Shown: positions 1 through 8,571 of the stretch, piece by piece | How positions within the stretch are numbered: the stretch's first letter is position 1 | Layout of the letters: every line of letters starts with the position of its first letter | Source of the DNA: Candidatus Krumholzibacteriota bacterium | GTDB taxonomy: Bacteria; Krumholzibacteriota; Krumholzibacteriia; Krumholzibacteriales; Krumholzibacteriaceae | Assembly (NCBI GenBank): GCA_030609325.1 | Contig: JAUWCL010000002.1 | Coordinates: forward strand, 69,451 to 133,450 | DNA length: 64,000 nucleotides | Direction of reading: 5' to 3' | Position numbers and translations under genes: made by a program | The notes under the pieces: model-generated | Databases searched by the model: none | What the model saw: only the letters and a program-made list of their open reading frames with translations | What the model was told of the DNA's origin: nothing

Positions 1-591
1 GTCCTCGCGGATGATCATCTCGGCTGCGCTCTTGTAATCCTTGATCCTGTGGAGGTTCGGCTTGATCTTGAGCTTCTCGAGCGTCCCCTTCATATGTTCG
101 GTCGTGACCGAGAAACCCAGGAATGTCATGTAGGCAGTCGACGGCATGAAGAGCGAATCGCAGGCGCCGGCGAGGTAGTATGTGTGTCTGTTCATGTAGT
201 CGGAGTATCCGTAGACCTTCCTGCCCGACGCCTGGACTTTCTTTACCGCGTCTCGCATCTCCTCGAGCATGGCGCGCCCGGCGCCGTTGCTCGCCGACAT
301 CTTGAAGATCACGCCCTCGATCCGGTCGTCGACGCAGACCTTGTCGAGGTTGCAGAGGACCCTCGTGAGGGTCTCCCCCTCGCCGCCTATGATCTCGCCG
401 ATGAAGTTCGACGGCGGGCAGTACTCCGTTATTCCGCCGTACAGGTCGATGACGAGCCAGGTGCCGTCCTCGATCTTGGGCTTGTCTAATGTCCTGGAAG
501 CGATCACGCCGACTATGACGAAGATCACCACCGCTATGGCCAGAACCATGGCCAGAAAGGAAGTAAAAAAGGACTTGAGGAACGATTTCAC
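1..591 (-). CDS. sppA: signal peptide peptidase SppA (protease IV), N-terminal part; gene runs off the window start
   Basis: Reverse-strand translation from GTG at 589-591 (GGAGGTG Shine-Dalgarno 5 nt upstream) gives VKSFLKSFFTSFLAMVLAIAVVIFVIVGV..., a membrane anchor followed by SppA-like sequence. No stop inside the window, so it is absent from the ORF track. The 49-489 plus ORF is its antisense shadow. Confidence 0.65.
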   Translation of the reverse strand, partial: MKSFLKSFFTSFLAMVLAIAVVIFVIVGVIASRTLDKPKIEDGTWLVIDLYGGITEYCPPSNFIGEIIGGEGETLTRVLCNLDKVCVDDRIEGVIFKMSASNGAGRAMLEEMRDAVKKVQASGRKVYGYSDYMNRHTYYLAGACDSLFMPSTAYMTFLGFSVTTEHMKGTLEKLKIKPNLHRIKDYKSAAEMIIRED

Positions 592-625
592 GTCTCACCT
601 CCAGGGATGATAATGGTAAATGGCT

Positions 626-946
626 TTATGCCTGCAGCTTCTTCTTCATCTCGAAGAGCTGGAGCATATGCTGCTGCTCCTCGGAAATAAGCTCCTGGAT
701 GACTTCTCTCGCCTTGGGATCGACGAAGTTGGCCAGCCCGCCGAAGAAGAGTATCGCGTCCTTCTCGAACCCGATGCCCGCCTCGAGGGCCTCCTCCGGA
801 GTCTTCACAGTGAGGGCGAATGACTCCGCGTCAAGATTCTCGTACAGGTCGCTCTCAACCACGGCGGCCAGCGCGTAGAAGTCGCGGCGCTTGATCTCTT
901 TTTCGATTCCGACGTCGACGATATCGGAAGGCTGAAGAACGGACAT
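626..946 (-). CDS. hypothetical small acidic protein (106 aa)
   Basis: ORF with ordinary amino-acid composition on the same strand as its neighbours; no recognisable motif. Confidence 0.3.
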   Translation of the reverse strand: MSVLQPSDIVDVGIEKEIKRRDFYALAAVVESDLYENLDAESFALTVKTPEEALEAGIGFEKDAILFFGGLANFVDPKAREVIQELISEEQQHMLQLFEMKKKLQA

Positions 947-1150
947 CCGGCATCCTCCCTCTCAAAGTTACAGTACCGTTGATATTGACGGTTCCGCCGC
1001 TGGTTCGAGTACCGTAGGAATATAGTACTATACCCTAAAACGCCGAGACAAATCCACCGGTAAACCGGAAAGCCCCGTCCGTGTCGTTATACGTGCCCTC
1101 TGCCGCGACTATCCCCCTCTTTATGGGATGTCCGTACTTCGGGTACGCCG

Positions 1151-1414
1151 TCATTCCTCTTCGCCGACCCTCTCGATTATCCATTTCTTCGCCTCGTCGA
1201 AATCGCGGAATGCCCGCACGTCGACCGTGGTCTCCCCGGAAAAGACCTCGAACATCCGGGACATGCCGTATGCCCTGTCGCTCCCCACGACCATCGCGTA
1301 TCTCGATGGACCTATCCTTTCGCTGTTTTCGATTATGAACCGGATGATCCTTCGAAGATCTTCCGGGTCGGACTCCCATTTCGAAGCCATGAAGTCAAAT
1401 ATACCGCCACCCAT
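1151..1414 (-). CDS. small STAS-like domain protein (87 aa)
   Basis: Pattern YAMVVGSDRAYGMSRMFEVFSGETTVDVRAFRDFDEAKKWI resembles the C-terminal half of STAS / anti-sigma-antagonist-like folds; weak. Confidence 0.35.
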   Translation of the reverse strand: MGGGIFDFMASKWESDPEDLRRIIRFIIENSERIGPSRYAMVVGSDRAYGMSRMFEVFSGETTVDVRAFRDFDEAKKWIIERVGEEE

Positions 1415-1537
1415 TTCTCCTCCCCTAACGGGGGAGAATCAGTGTTCTGATCTGTCTACCGGCGTTCCCTACATCGCGCGGCGATACCGTCGAAATCCGT
1501 CAGCGGTCATTCGGATTCCCGGACGACCGCGGCGAAA

Positions 1538-2452
1538 TCAGAATCTCTTCTTCTCGAACGCCTCGCCGAAGATCACGGCGTGCGGAAGGTCCTCGCGGTT
1601 TCTTTCCAGTTCCTCGACGACGGAGTCGCGGTTCCAGCGGTTCCAGTGCATCAGCACGACCGATCTCGGCGCTATCCGCCTGTTGATCAGGTCGACGCCT
1701 CCCGACTGAAGGAGGAACCAGTAGGGGATGAAGGCGATGTCTATCTCGAGACCGGGAAGCCACGGAAAACGGTCGAACTCCTCCGCGGCGAGCTTCGCGT
1801 CGCCGAGATGAAGGATCCTGCATCCGTCCGTCTCTACAAGCCAGGCGATATGATCGATACACTGTGATCTCTCGGGCGTGCCGTCCGTCACCACGCCTGT
1901 TCCACTCCCGCAGCCCGTGTGCCTGATTCCCAGGGCGTATATGGTGAGTCCGTCGACAATCAGTGTATCGACCTCTCCGGCGGAGACGTCGACCGTGACG
2001 AGCCTCTCTCCCTTCTCACCCGCAAGCCACGGATACTCCGCGAGCGATTCGATTACTGCCGGTGTGCCGGCGAGCACGGCCCAACCGTTCGCGCGCATGT
2101 ATCGGGCAGCGCATCCGGCGGTGAAGTGATCGTCATGCCTGTGCGTGACGAGCACCGCATCGACCTTGTCGAACGGTTTCGACGCGCCCTCGAGCCGTGC
2201 GACCCCGTCGGGAGGCAGGTGGCCGTGGGCCCTCGGCGGTGTACCCTCGGGAACGTTGAGATCGAAAAGAGCGTCGATCAGCACTTTCGAGTGGCCGCAG
2301 CTGATCATGAATCCCTCGCCGGCGAGGAATACGACCTCGATGCCGCAGGCGGCGCTATCGCCCCCTGCGACCGGACCGGATCCTGACCCGGTGACAGATA
2401 TAACCACCAGGACAACCGCGATCGATACAATAGCCACGGCAGAACGCCTCAC
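1538..2452 (-). CDS. secreted metallo-beta-lactamase-fold hydrolase
   Basis: N-terminal signal peptide (MRRSAVAIVSIAVVLVVISVTG). HRHDDH metal-binding motif (VLVTHRHDDHFTAG) typical of the MBL fold. Confidence 0.7.
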   Translation of the reverse strand: MRRSAVAIVSIAVVLVVISVTGSGSGPVAGGDSAACGIEVVFLAGEGFMISCGHSKVLIDALFDLNVPEGTPPRAHGHLPPDGVARLEGASKPFDKVDAVLVTHRHDDHFTAGCAARYMRANGWAVLAGTPAVIESLAEYPWLAGEKGERLVTVDVSAGEVDTLIVDGLTIYALGIRHTGCGSGTGVVTDGTPERSQCIDHIAWLVETDGCRILHLGDAKLAAEEFDRFPWLPGLEIDIAFIPYWFLLQSGGVDLINRRIAPRSVVLMHWNRWNRDSVVEELERNREDLPHAVIFGEAFEKKRF

Positions 2453-2576
2453 CCGCTGTCACCTTTCATTGAATTATCGATACCCCTTCCATTACAGTCA
2501 TGATGTACCCTGTAGGGGAAGTGAATCAATCTTTTTGAGCATCAGGCTCTCGAGCGGGACCGGAACGGACGGGAAG

Positions 2577-3002
2577 ATGATAAGGATAAACTCGAGGCTC
2601 TCGATACCGGACGACGAGATCTCGTTCACATTCTCGCGCTCGAGCGGACCGGGCGGGCAGAACGTGAACAAGCTAAATACACGGGTCACATTGCTGTTCG
2701 ACATCGCGCGTTCGCAGACCCTGACCGGAGCGCGGCGCGAGAGGATCCTCGACAGGCTTGCGACGAGGATCTCGCGCGAGGGGATCCTCCGCGTAGTATC
2801 CCAGAAACACCGTACGCAGAGGACAAACCGCGAGGCGGCGGTCGAAAGGTTCGCCGGTCTGCTACGCGAGGCGCTCACGATAAAACGCCCCCGGAAGAAA
2901 ACGGGCGTTCCGAGGGCGGTAAAGCGGAAACGTCTGGAGTACAAGCGGCAGCGCAGCCGGCTCAAGACGGGCAGGGCCAGGCCATCCGAAACGGACGATT
3001 GA
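2577..3002 (+). CDS. arfB: alternative ribosome-rescue factor ArfB (peptidyl-tRNA hydrolase, YaeJ family)
   Basis: GGQ motif (SGPGGQNVNK) plus a basic C-terminal tail (KRPRKKTGVPRAVKRKRLEYKRQR) characteristic of ArfB. The true start is an internal ATG of the longer 2145-3002 ORF, which otherwise overlaps the MBL gene on the other strand. Confidence 0.8.
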   Translation: MIRINSRLSIPDDEISFTFSRSSGPGGQNVNKLNTRVTLLFDIARSQTLTGARRERILDRLATRISREGILRVVSQKHRTQRTNREAAVERFAGLLREALTIKRPRKKTGVPRAVKRKRLEYKRQRSRLKTGRARPSETDD

Positions 3003-3143
3003 TCGTTACCGCGACTTTCACAGAGAATTCTCTCCGCTCTCGAGGAGTTCCAGCCTCGCTTCATTTTTCTCCATGATATACTCTTCCCGGGACAATAAGA
3101 GAAAGATTCCTGACAGGATCCGGCCCTCTCACTCGTCCTGTGT

Positions 3144-3461
3144 GTGAGAAAGGGAACTCCCGTGAACGAAAGAACGGACGAGTATCTGGTCACAGCAAGC
3201 CGCAACGGAGACAGGCCGGCGTATGCCGACCTGGTCCGGAGGCATTCGAGGAGGGTCTACGCCGTGTGCATGGGTATTCTCGGTGACGCCGCCGACAGGG
3301 TGGCCACTCCCTGGGACAGCATGGAGATGGTCGCCTATTACTCGGAGAAGTACGGAAGGCCTCGGGCATCGAGGTCAGCGACCCGGCGATGTGGGCCGGA
3401 CAGTACGAGGAGGGCTCCGTCCGCCCCTGGGTCGATGCGTCGACCCACTGGCCCGTGCTGA
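3144..3461 (+). pseudogene. ECF sigma-70 factor N-terminal remnant (region 2.1 only), then out-of-family sequence
   Basis: Residues TDEYLVTASRNGDRPAYADLVRRHSRRVYAVCMGILGDAAD match the start of ECF sigma region 2. No frame continues with region 2.2/2.4 or region 4. The ORF overlaps the start of the unrelated 3389-3958 gene. Confidence 0.4.
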
Positions 3462-3958
3462 TCGAGAAAGAGTTCAAATCGGACGAGGGAAAGGTGCCTG
3501 TCCGCGAGACGATGAGGGATTTCCAGTGGAACCCCTCGCTGGCGAAGGAGGATTTCGAATTCGAGGTTCCGGAGGATTACGGCACTCTCGATTTCGGGAA
3601 GGCCCATGTCGACGAGGAAGGGGCGATAGCGGGACTCCGCGCCTACGCCAGGCTGGCGGGCGGAAGATACCCGAGCGATCCCGCCTTCGACACTGCGGCG
3701 AGCGAGCTCCGCATGGACCGCAACAGTCTGATGAAAGAGGGACTCTGGGGAGCGGAAGCCGTCAAGGAGTTCTTCAAGACCCGCAATTTCAGCGCCTTCT
3801 ACGCCGGGCTCGTGGAAAACGGCGTAGAGGTAGAATACCACGGCGACTCGGTAGGCACCCTCGACCACGACAAGGTGCAGATGCGCTGGAGGCTCGATGA
3901 CGGCCGGTGGAGGGTCATCTACGGCGATCTCCGGGCTGCGACCGTCGAGAGAGACTGA
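3389..3958 (+). CDS. hypothetical protein (189 aa)
   Basis: Normal-composition ORF on the plus strand; the opposite-strand 3338-4030 ORF is R/E/L-rich antisense junk. Confidence 0.4.
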   Translation: MWAGQYEEGSVRPWVDASTHWPVLIEKEFKSDEGKVPVRETMRDFQWNPSLAKEDFEFEVPEDYGTLDFGKAHVDEEGAIAGLRAYARLAGGRYPSDPAFDTAASELRMDRNSLMKEGLWGAEAVKEFFKTRNFSAFYAGLVENGVEVEYHGDSVGTLDHDKVQMRWRLDDGRWRVIYGDLRAATVERD

Positions 3959-4140
3959 CCGGGAGGCCTGCAGTAGAAGTTGACCGTCCCGGTCTTCTTC
4001 CTCTCGAGGAATCCATTCCTCTCCTGCCATTGCCTCTCCCCTGTTACTGCCGTCTGTCTACTATATCTATGGCAGACTATGGCAGACAGACTTTTCGCAT
4101 CGTTAACTGTCAATTTTTAATGCCATATTTCCGCAAACCC

Positions 4141-4170
4141 TTGATTCAGGTGACCTTCTTGGTATAGAAT
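4141..4170 (+). promoter_or_regulatory. sigma70-like promoter candidate upstream of the Lon-like operon
   Basis: TTGATT, 17 nt, ATAGAAT about 70 nt upstream of the 4240 start. A tandem TATGGCAGAC x2 direct repeat sits just upstream (about 4066-4090). Confidence 0.3.
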
Positions 4171-4239
4171 GATGTTGATTTACCGGAACGGACCGCTGCG
4201 GAGGGGATACCACGGGATGCTCAACCAGGCGGAACGCAA

Positions 4240-6528
4240 TTGACGAACGACATCGACCTGTCCATCAGGGAAATCGACGACCTTCTTCAGCATCTCTATC
4301 TGAAGGTCAAGGGAAAGAAAGAAGGTCTTTCGCTCGTCGAGCCGGCGGCGATCCTGCTCGCCCGGCTCAAGAGCGCCAATCCGTCGTTCTACGCGCCGCA
4401 GCTCGCCCGCTTTACCCCCATCATCATGGACGCCCTGATCTCCGAGGCGTACGTTTCCTTCGGATACGAGGGCCTCGAGTCGATCACCGATGTCGCGGGA
4501 GACATTGCACTGGCGACGGGAGATTACATCCCCGTCGGCGTCGAAGAGGGCCTGTCCAGGATCCGCGGGGAGATCGACTCGATCTCGGCGATCCTGAACG
4601 GTGACAGCACGGAAGCCGAGACTTCGGCGGACGCCTTCGGGAAAAGCGAGACCGGCACGGGAGGATTCTTCAGGGAGCGCGCCTGGGGCACGGCAGGACT
4701 CCCCCTCGTCTCGACATACAACACGGGAAGGACCCCTTTCAGTACGGGCCGTGTGGTCAAGGCACGCGTGGAGATCAGGATCACCGGCGAGTGGAGCGTC
4801 AGGACGAGGCGCGACCCCGTCATCAACTTCGAGCATATATCCTCCGAACCGAACAGCCCGTTCGAACGGCAGATCCACACGGCCGTCAGGGTCGCGGAAG
4901 AATTCGCCGCTGCCAGAATGGGCATAAAGGGCATCTTCAGGGTTCCAAGGGAATACAGGATATCCCTGCCCGAGATCGCCTCCTTCCCCGCTTCGGCGAT
5001 CCAGAGGCTGTCCGGGGGCTCAGCGGGCCTTGCTATAGCGGCGCTGCTCGTATCCGTTCTCGGCAGACTCGACCTCTACAGATACAGGCTCAGGATAAAT
5101 CCCGCTATCGCATTCACCGGCAAGGTCGACGAGACCGGGAATACCCTGGCGGTAGAAGACTCCCATATATCCGACAAGGTGCAGGCCGTCTTCTTCTCCA
5201 GGTTTTCAAAGCTTATCCTCCCGGCCGGCAATCTCGATACGGCGGAAAGAGAGCTCGCCGTCCTTTCGAGGAAGCATCCGGCCAGGAAACTCGACCTCGT
5301 GCCTGCCTCAAACATCGCCGGGATATTCGGCGATTCCGAAGTGACGACAAGGCGCATGTCCCCGGCAGGCAAGCCTGTGCTTCAGCGGCTGTTCTTCTGG
5401 CGCAAGCATCTGCTGACAGCCGCGTCACTGGCAGCATTGATCATTATTTCACTCTTTATCGGCCGCCCTTACTACAGACGGGACATCGCCAAGATCGCCG
5501 TCAAAGGAAACATGATCGCGATCACCAACAAATTCGGCCGCACTATCACGGAGCACGAACTCGAATTCGACAGCTATAAAGAAGGCGGCATGAAGGCCTA
5601 TGTCAGGTCGATCATAAATGATTTCGACGGCAACGGAGAAAATGAAGCTGTATGCATACTCTCCGAATCGAGGCATCTGAAGTCTTCATCTCCTTACAAT
5701 CGACTGCATTTCATCATATTCGATAACAAGGGCCGATTCCGGTTCAAATATTTATACGATAACGAGAAGTTGCTGGGAGACGAGATCGATCCGAATGGCC
5801 GGTCCTTTGCTATTGCGACAACACACCACACCACGGTCTTCAGGGATGACCGGGGGGTCAGCAAGCTCCTTGCCCTCGCGCATCACCTCAGCCGGAATCC
5901 CGGGTCTGTGATCAGTCTTTCGCTGGAGGATTTCTCGAGCCAGGTATTTGTGCACCAGGGATTTCTCTTCCAGATGGCACTCAAGGACATCGATCTCGAC
6001 GGCATCCTGGATATCGTTCTCTCCGGATATAACGACATGCTGAAATCCTGCGTTGTCGTTGTCCTCGATCCGAGATACATGCACGGATCCTCCCCGGAGG
6101 GGTCGGATTACGATGTCCCCGGTTTCGAGGAGGATATCGCCAAGTATTACCTGCGCCTGCCGGATTTCTACCGTTACGCGCATTACCCGAAGAACGACTA
6201 CTTCCCCTTCACCGCAAAGATAAAGAACAGCCCTGAAGAGCTGATCGTGTCGATCAGAACCCGTGGAGATAACACAAGGTTCTTCCTGGTCGACTCCATG
6301 AAGTGCATCGGTGCGGAAGTCATCGCGGGCTTCTACAATAAGGCGGTCTCTGCTTCCGGCAGTACCGTCGCCTATGATTACCCGGAGAAGAAACAGGACG
6401 AGGAAATGCTCAGAACCGGCGTCCGCTACTGGGACGGGGAGGAATGGGTCCCGGAACCGACGGTCAACAGGTCCTACCTGAGACATGTGAAGGCGCATAA
6501 CGACACCCTGGCGGGGAAGGGCGAGTGA
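4240..6528 (+). CDS. membrane-anchored Lon-like (peptidase S16) domain protein with extracytoplasmic FG-GAP-like C-terminal domain
   Basis: Lon_C-like catalytic region: RLSGGSAGLAIAALLVSV (compare DGPSAG) and AFTGKVDETGN...SDKVQAV (compare AMTGE...GGxKEK). No Walker A, so no AAA+ module. Single TM helix LLTAASLAALIIISLFIG near residue 400. The C-terminal 350 aa carry DxDGxGE-like loops (FDGNGENE, DIDLDGILD) reminiscent of FG-GAP/VCBS repeats. No N-terminal signal peptide, so the Lon domain is predicted cytoplasmic. Confidence 0.6.
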   Translation: MTNDIDLSIREIDDLLQHLYLKVKGKKEGLSLVEPAAILLARLKSANPSFYAPQLARFTPIIMDALISEAYVSFGYEGLESITDVAGDIALATGDYIPVGVEEGLSRIRGEIDSISAILNGDSTEAETSADAFGKSETGTGGFFRERAWGTAGLPLVSTYNTGRTPFSTGRVVKARVEIRITGEWSVRTRRDPVINFEHISSEPNSPFERQIHTAVRVAEEFAAARMGIKGIFRVPREYRISLPEIASFPASAIQRLSGGSAGLAIAALLVSVLGRLDLYRYRLRINPAIAFTGKVDETGNTLAVEDSHISDKVQAVFFSRFSKLILPAGNLDTAERELAVLSRKHPARKLDLVPASNIAGIFGDSEVTTRRMSPAGKPVLQRLFFWRKHLLTAASLAALIIISLFIGRPYYRRDIAKIAVKGNMIAITNKFGRTITEHELEFDSYKEGGMKAYVRSIINDFDGNGENEAVCILSESRHLKSSSPYNRLHFIIFDNKGRFRFKYLYDNEKLLGDEIDPNGRSFAIATTHHTTVFRDDRGVSKLLALAHHLSRNPGSVISLSLEDFSSQVFVHQGFLFQMALKDIDLDGILDIVLSGYNDMLKSCVVVVLDPRYMHGSSPEGSDYDVPGFEEDIAKYYLRLPDFYRYAHYPKNDYFPFTAKIKNSPEELIVSIRTRGDNTRFFLVDSMKCIGAEVIAGFYNKAVSASGSTVAYDYPEKKQDEEMLRTGVRYWDGEEWVPEPTVNRSYLRHVKAHNDTLAGKGE

Positions 6529-7610
6529 ATGAACCGATGACCCTCGAAGGCGCCGATCTGGACCGCCTCTACGAGGCGGCCGAAAACATCCGCGACGTGT
6601 TCGCGCCGCTGGCCGGCACTTATCCCTCCGATGAGATAATCGACCGGGCCGAGAAATCCGTCAGCAGGGATATCCGGACCATCTACCTCCATCTCTTCGC
6701 GATGGCCGTCGCCGAGCTCGAGGTGAAGTCCAGATCCTCGGGATGGTTTTTCCTCAGCACGGTGTCTTACGAGTTCGAGGAGATCGCCCATATCACCGCA
6801 GAGACCCCATACTCGACGCGGGGAGAAAACAACTTCCTCGAGATCATCAACCTCATCCTGCGATTCTTCCCCGGGGACAATAGGACGGAAAAGAGGGACC
6901 TCTTCTTCTTTCTCAAGGGGATAACCGAGGTCAATCTCAGCCAGATTCTCAAGAAGATCTCCTGCTCCGAAAAGAAGGTGCTGCATTATATCTTTTCGGC
7001 CGTCACCCGGCACATCAGGACAAGCCCGAGATTCGAACGCAGGGGCAGCAACGTAATCGATTTCGAGGCGCTCGATCCGTCCCCGCGGCGGCAGGCGACC
7101 GCCGATGAGCTCGTCGCCTCGTGCGCACCCCTGCTGCAGGGCTCGGAGACCCCGGGCAGGGCCGTCGACCTGATCTTCGACAATCTCTCGGCAGGGAACA
7201 GCTATGCCAGCTACCTTCACATCTCCACACTGCGGACCGCCGCGTACGAGCTGATCAAGTCGCAGTTCATACCATCGCGCAGCGATATCACGAGAAACGA
7301 TCCGATGCAGGAGTACCTGCAGAAGGAGATGCTCCGGCTTGCCGAAGAGGCGCTGGCCGAGACGGCCGGATCGTACGGCTGGAGAAAGGGGGGCTCGGCC
7401 GAATGCCGGGAAGCTTACGAAAAGGCCGGTCGGGACATGCTCGAGGAGATAATCGTCCACGGCAGGAAGATCCCGCACCATGAGGCCCTGGGCCGGCACA
7501 TAGAGGGATGCGATACAGAGATGTACAGAAAAAGGCATATGGGCAGCTTTCAGAATTTCTGGAAAGCGCTCTGGAAAAATTTTCTGAAAAAAATTCGTGC
7601 AGATATCTGA
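6525..7610 (+). CDS. hypothetical protein (361 aa), translationally coupled to the Lon-like gene
   Basis: ATGA start/stop overlap with the upstream gene. Plausible composition; the opposite-strand 6474-7802 ORF is S/R/P-rich shadow. Confidence 0.5.
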   Translation: MNEPMTLEGADLDRLYEAAENIRDVFAPLAGTYPSDEIIDRAEKSVSRDIRTIYLHLFAMAVAELEVKSRSSGWFFLSTVSYEFEEIAHITAETPYSTRGENNFLEIINLILRFFPGDNRTEKRDLFFFLKGITEVNLSQILKKISCSEKKVLHYIFSAVTRHIRTSPRFERRGSNVIDFEALDPSPRRQATADELVASCAPLLQGSETPGRAVDLIFDNLSAGNSYASYLHISTLRTAAYELIKSQFIPSRSDITRNDPMQEYLQKEMLRLAEEALAETAGSYGWRKGGSAECREAYEKAGRDMLEEIIVHGRKIPHHEALGRHIEGCDTEMYRKRHMGSFQNFWKALWKNFLKKIRADI

Positions 7611-7628
7611 AATGTCTCCAGAGAGGGA

Positions 7629-8291
7629 GTGAGACGAGTGTGGAAGAACAAGACGCCTGAAGGATGTATCCCCAGGGGAAGGTTGGAAGCACTCGCCATT
7701 AGAGCACTTGGAGGGGCCGGAGCGGAAGGCGCTCCTGAAAGGGATCCGGCGGTACTTGTGGCGGATCTTTTTCAACCCGGAGAAGGGGATCTCAGATCCC
7801 ATCTGGAGGCATGCGAGATGTGCAGGGAAACGCTAGAGGAGTTGATTGAATTCGTCAGCTACTATCGCCAGGCGGTCAAAACTGCAGAAATCGATGAGAG
7901 ATTCGATGTCCTCATGCGGAGTATCTCGTTAAGTCCTTCTGAAGTCTCGGAATCCGTACCGGAGGGGATCGAGCTGGTTTACGAGCCGTACACACGACCT
8001 TTTGAAGAGGAGCCGTCGCTGGCAGCGGCTACCGAACAGCCTGCGAGAGAGCCCTTCAGGTTCTGCTCGGGTGACGGCAATTATGTCCTGAGGGAGTTTC
8101 CCGACATCGCCACGGGAAGGCCCTCGTATTTCCTTGTCGGTGAGAGGGGAATCAGAACAGATAGCGTCGAAGTGGTAATAGACGGCATTGTTTTGATTAC
8201 CGACGAAAACGGACTGCTCGATACGGATTCCGCGGGACTCTCGATTTCGAAGGACTCGAGGATCCACGTGAAGACGGAAACGTCGAATTAG
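7629..8291 (+). CDS. zf-HC2 (anti-sigma-factor-like zinc finger) protein
   Basis: GTG start 18 nt after the previous stop. HLEACEMCRETLEEL matches the H-x3-C-x2-C zinc-finger of ChrR/RsrA-type anti-sigma factors. No TM segment. Confidence 0.45.
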   Translation: MRRVWKNKTPEGCIPRGRLEALAIRALGGAGAEGAPERDPAVLVADLFQPGEGDLRSHLEACEMCRETLEELIEFVSYYRQAVKTAEIDERFDVLMRSISLSPSEVSESVPEGIELVYEPYTRPFEEEPSLAAATEQPAREPFRFCSGDGNYVLREFPDIATGRPSYFLVGERGIRTDSVEVVIDGIVLITDENGLLDTDSAGLSISKDSRIHVKTETSN

Positions 8292-8313
8292 TACCTCCAA
8301 GATCCGGGCCGGA

Positions 8314-8351
8314 GGAGCCGTGTCCCAATCGGGGCATGGCTCCTTTCTTTG
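8314..8351 (+). terminator. rho-independent terminator candidate closing the 4240-8291 operon
   Basis: GGAGCCGTGTCCC-AATC-GGGGCATGGCTCC hairpin followed by TTTCTTT. Confidence 0.45.
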
Positions 8352-8571
8352 CTGGCATCTCAACAGGTCACCGCAGAGAGTGTCATATAAACATCCCCTT
8401 TAACGATAGCAATCGCATTCCGAATGTGCTATCTTGTATCCGAAACCGTACGGAATCTCCGATGAAGTTCCATGCCCGCTGGTTTACTTCGGCAATTCTA
8501 CCTTCATAACACTGCCAGGCCAGTCGGAACGTGATCTATCCATCTGTGTTTCACTATGGGAGGTGGGCGAC

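Noticed and set aside
3338-4030. 230-aa minus-strand ORF
   Set aside because: Antisense shadow across the 3389-3958 gene and its intergenic region; E/R/L-rich, no start context.
6474-7802. 442-aa minus-strand ORF overlapping the 6525-7610 gene
   Set aside because: S/R/P/G-rich junk translation; the plus-strand product has normal composition and is translationally coupled to its upstream gene.
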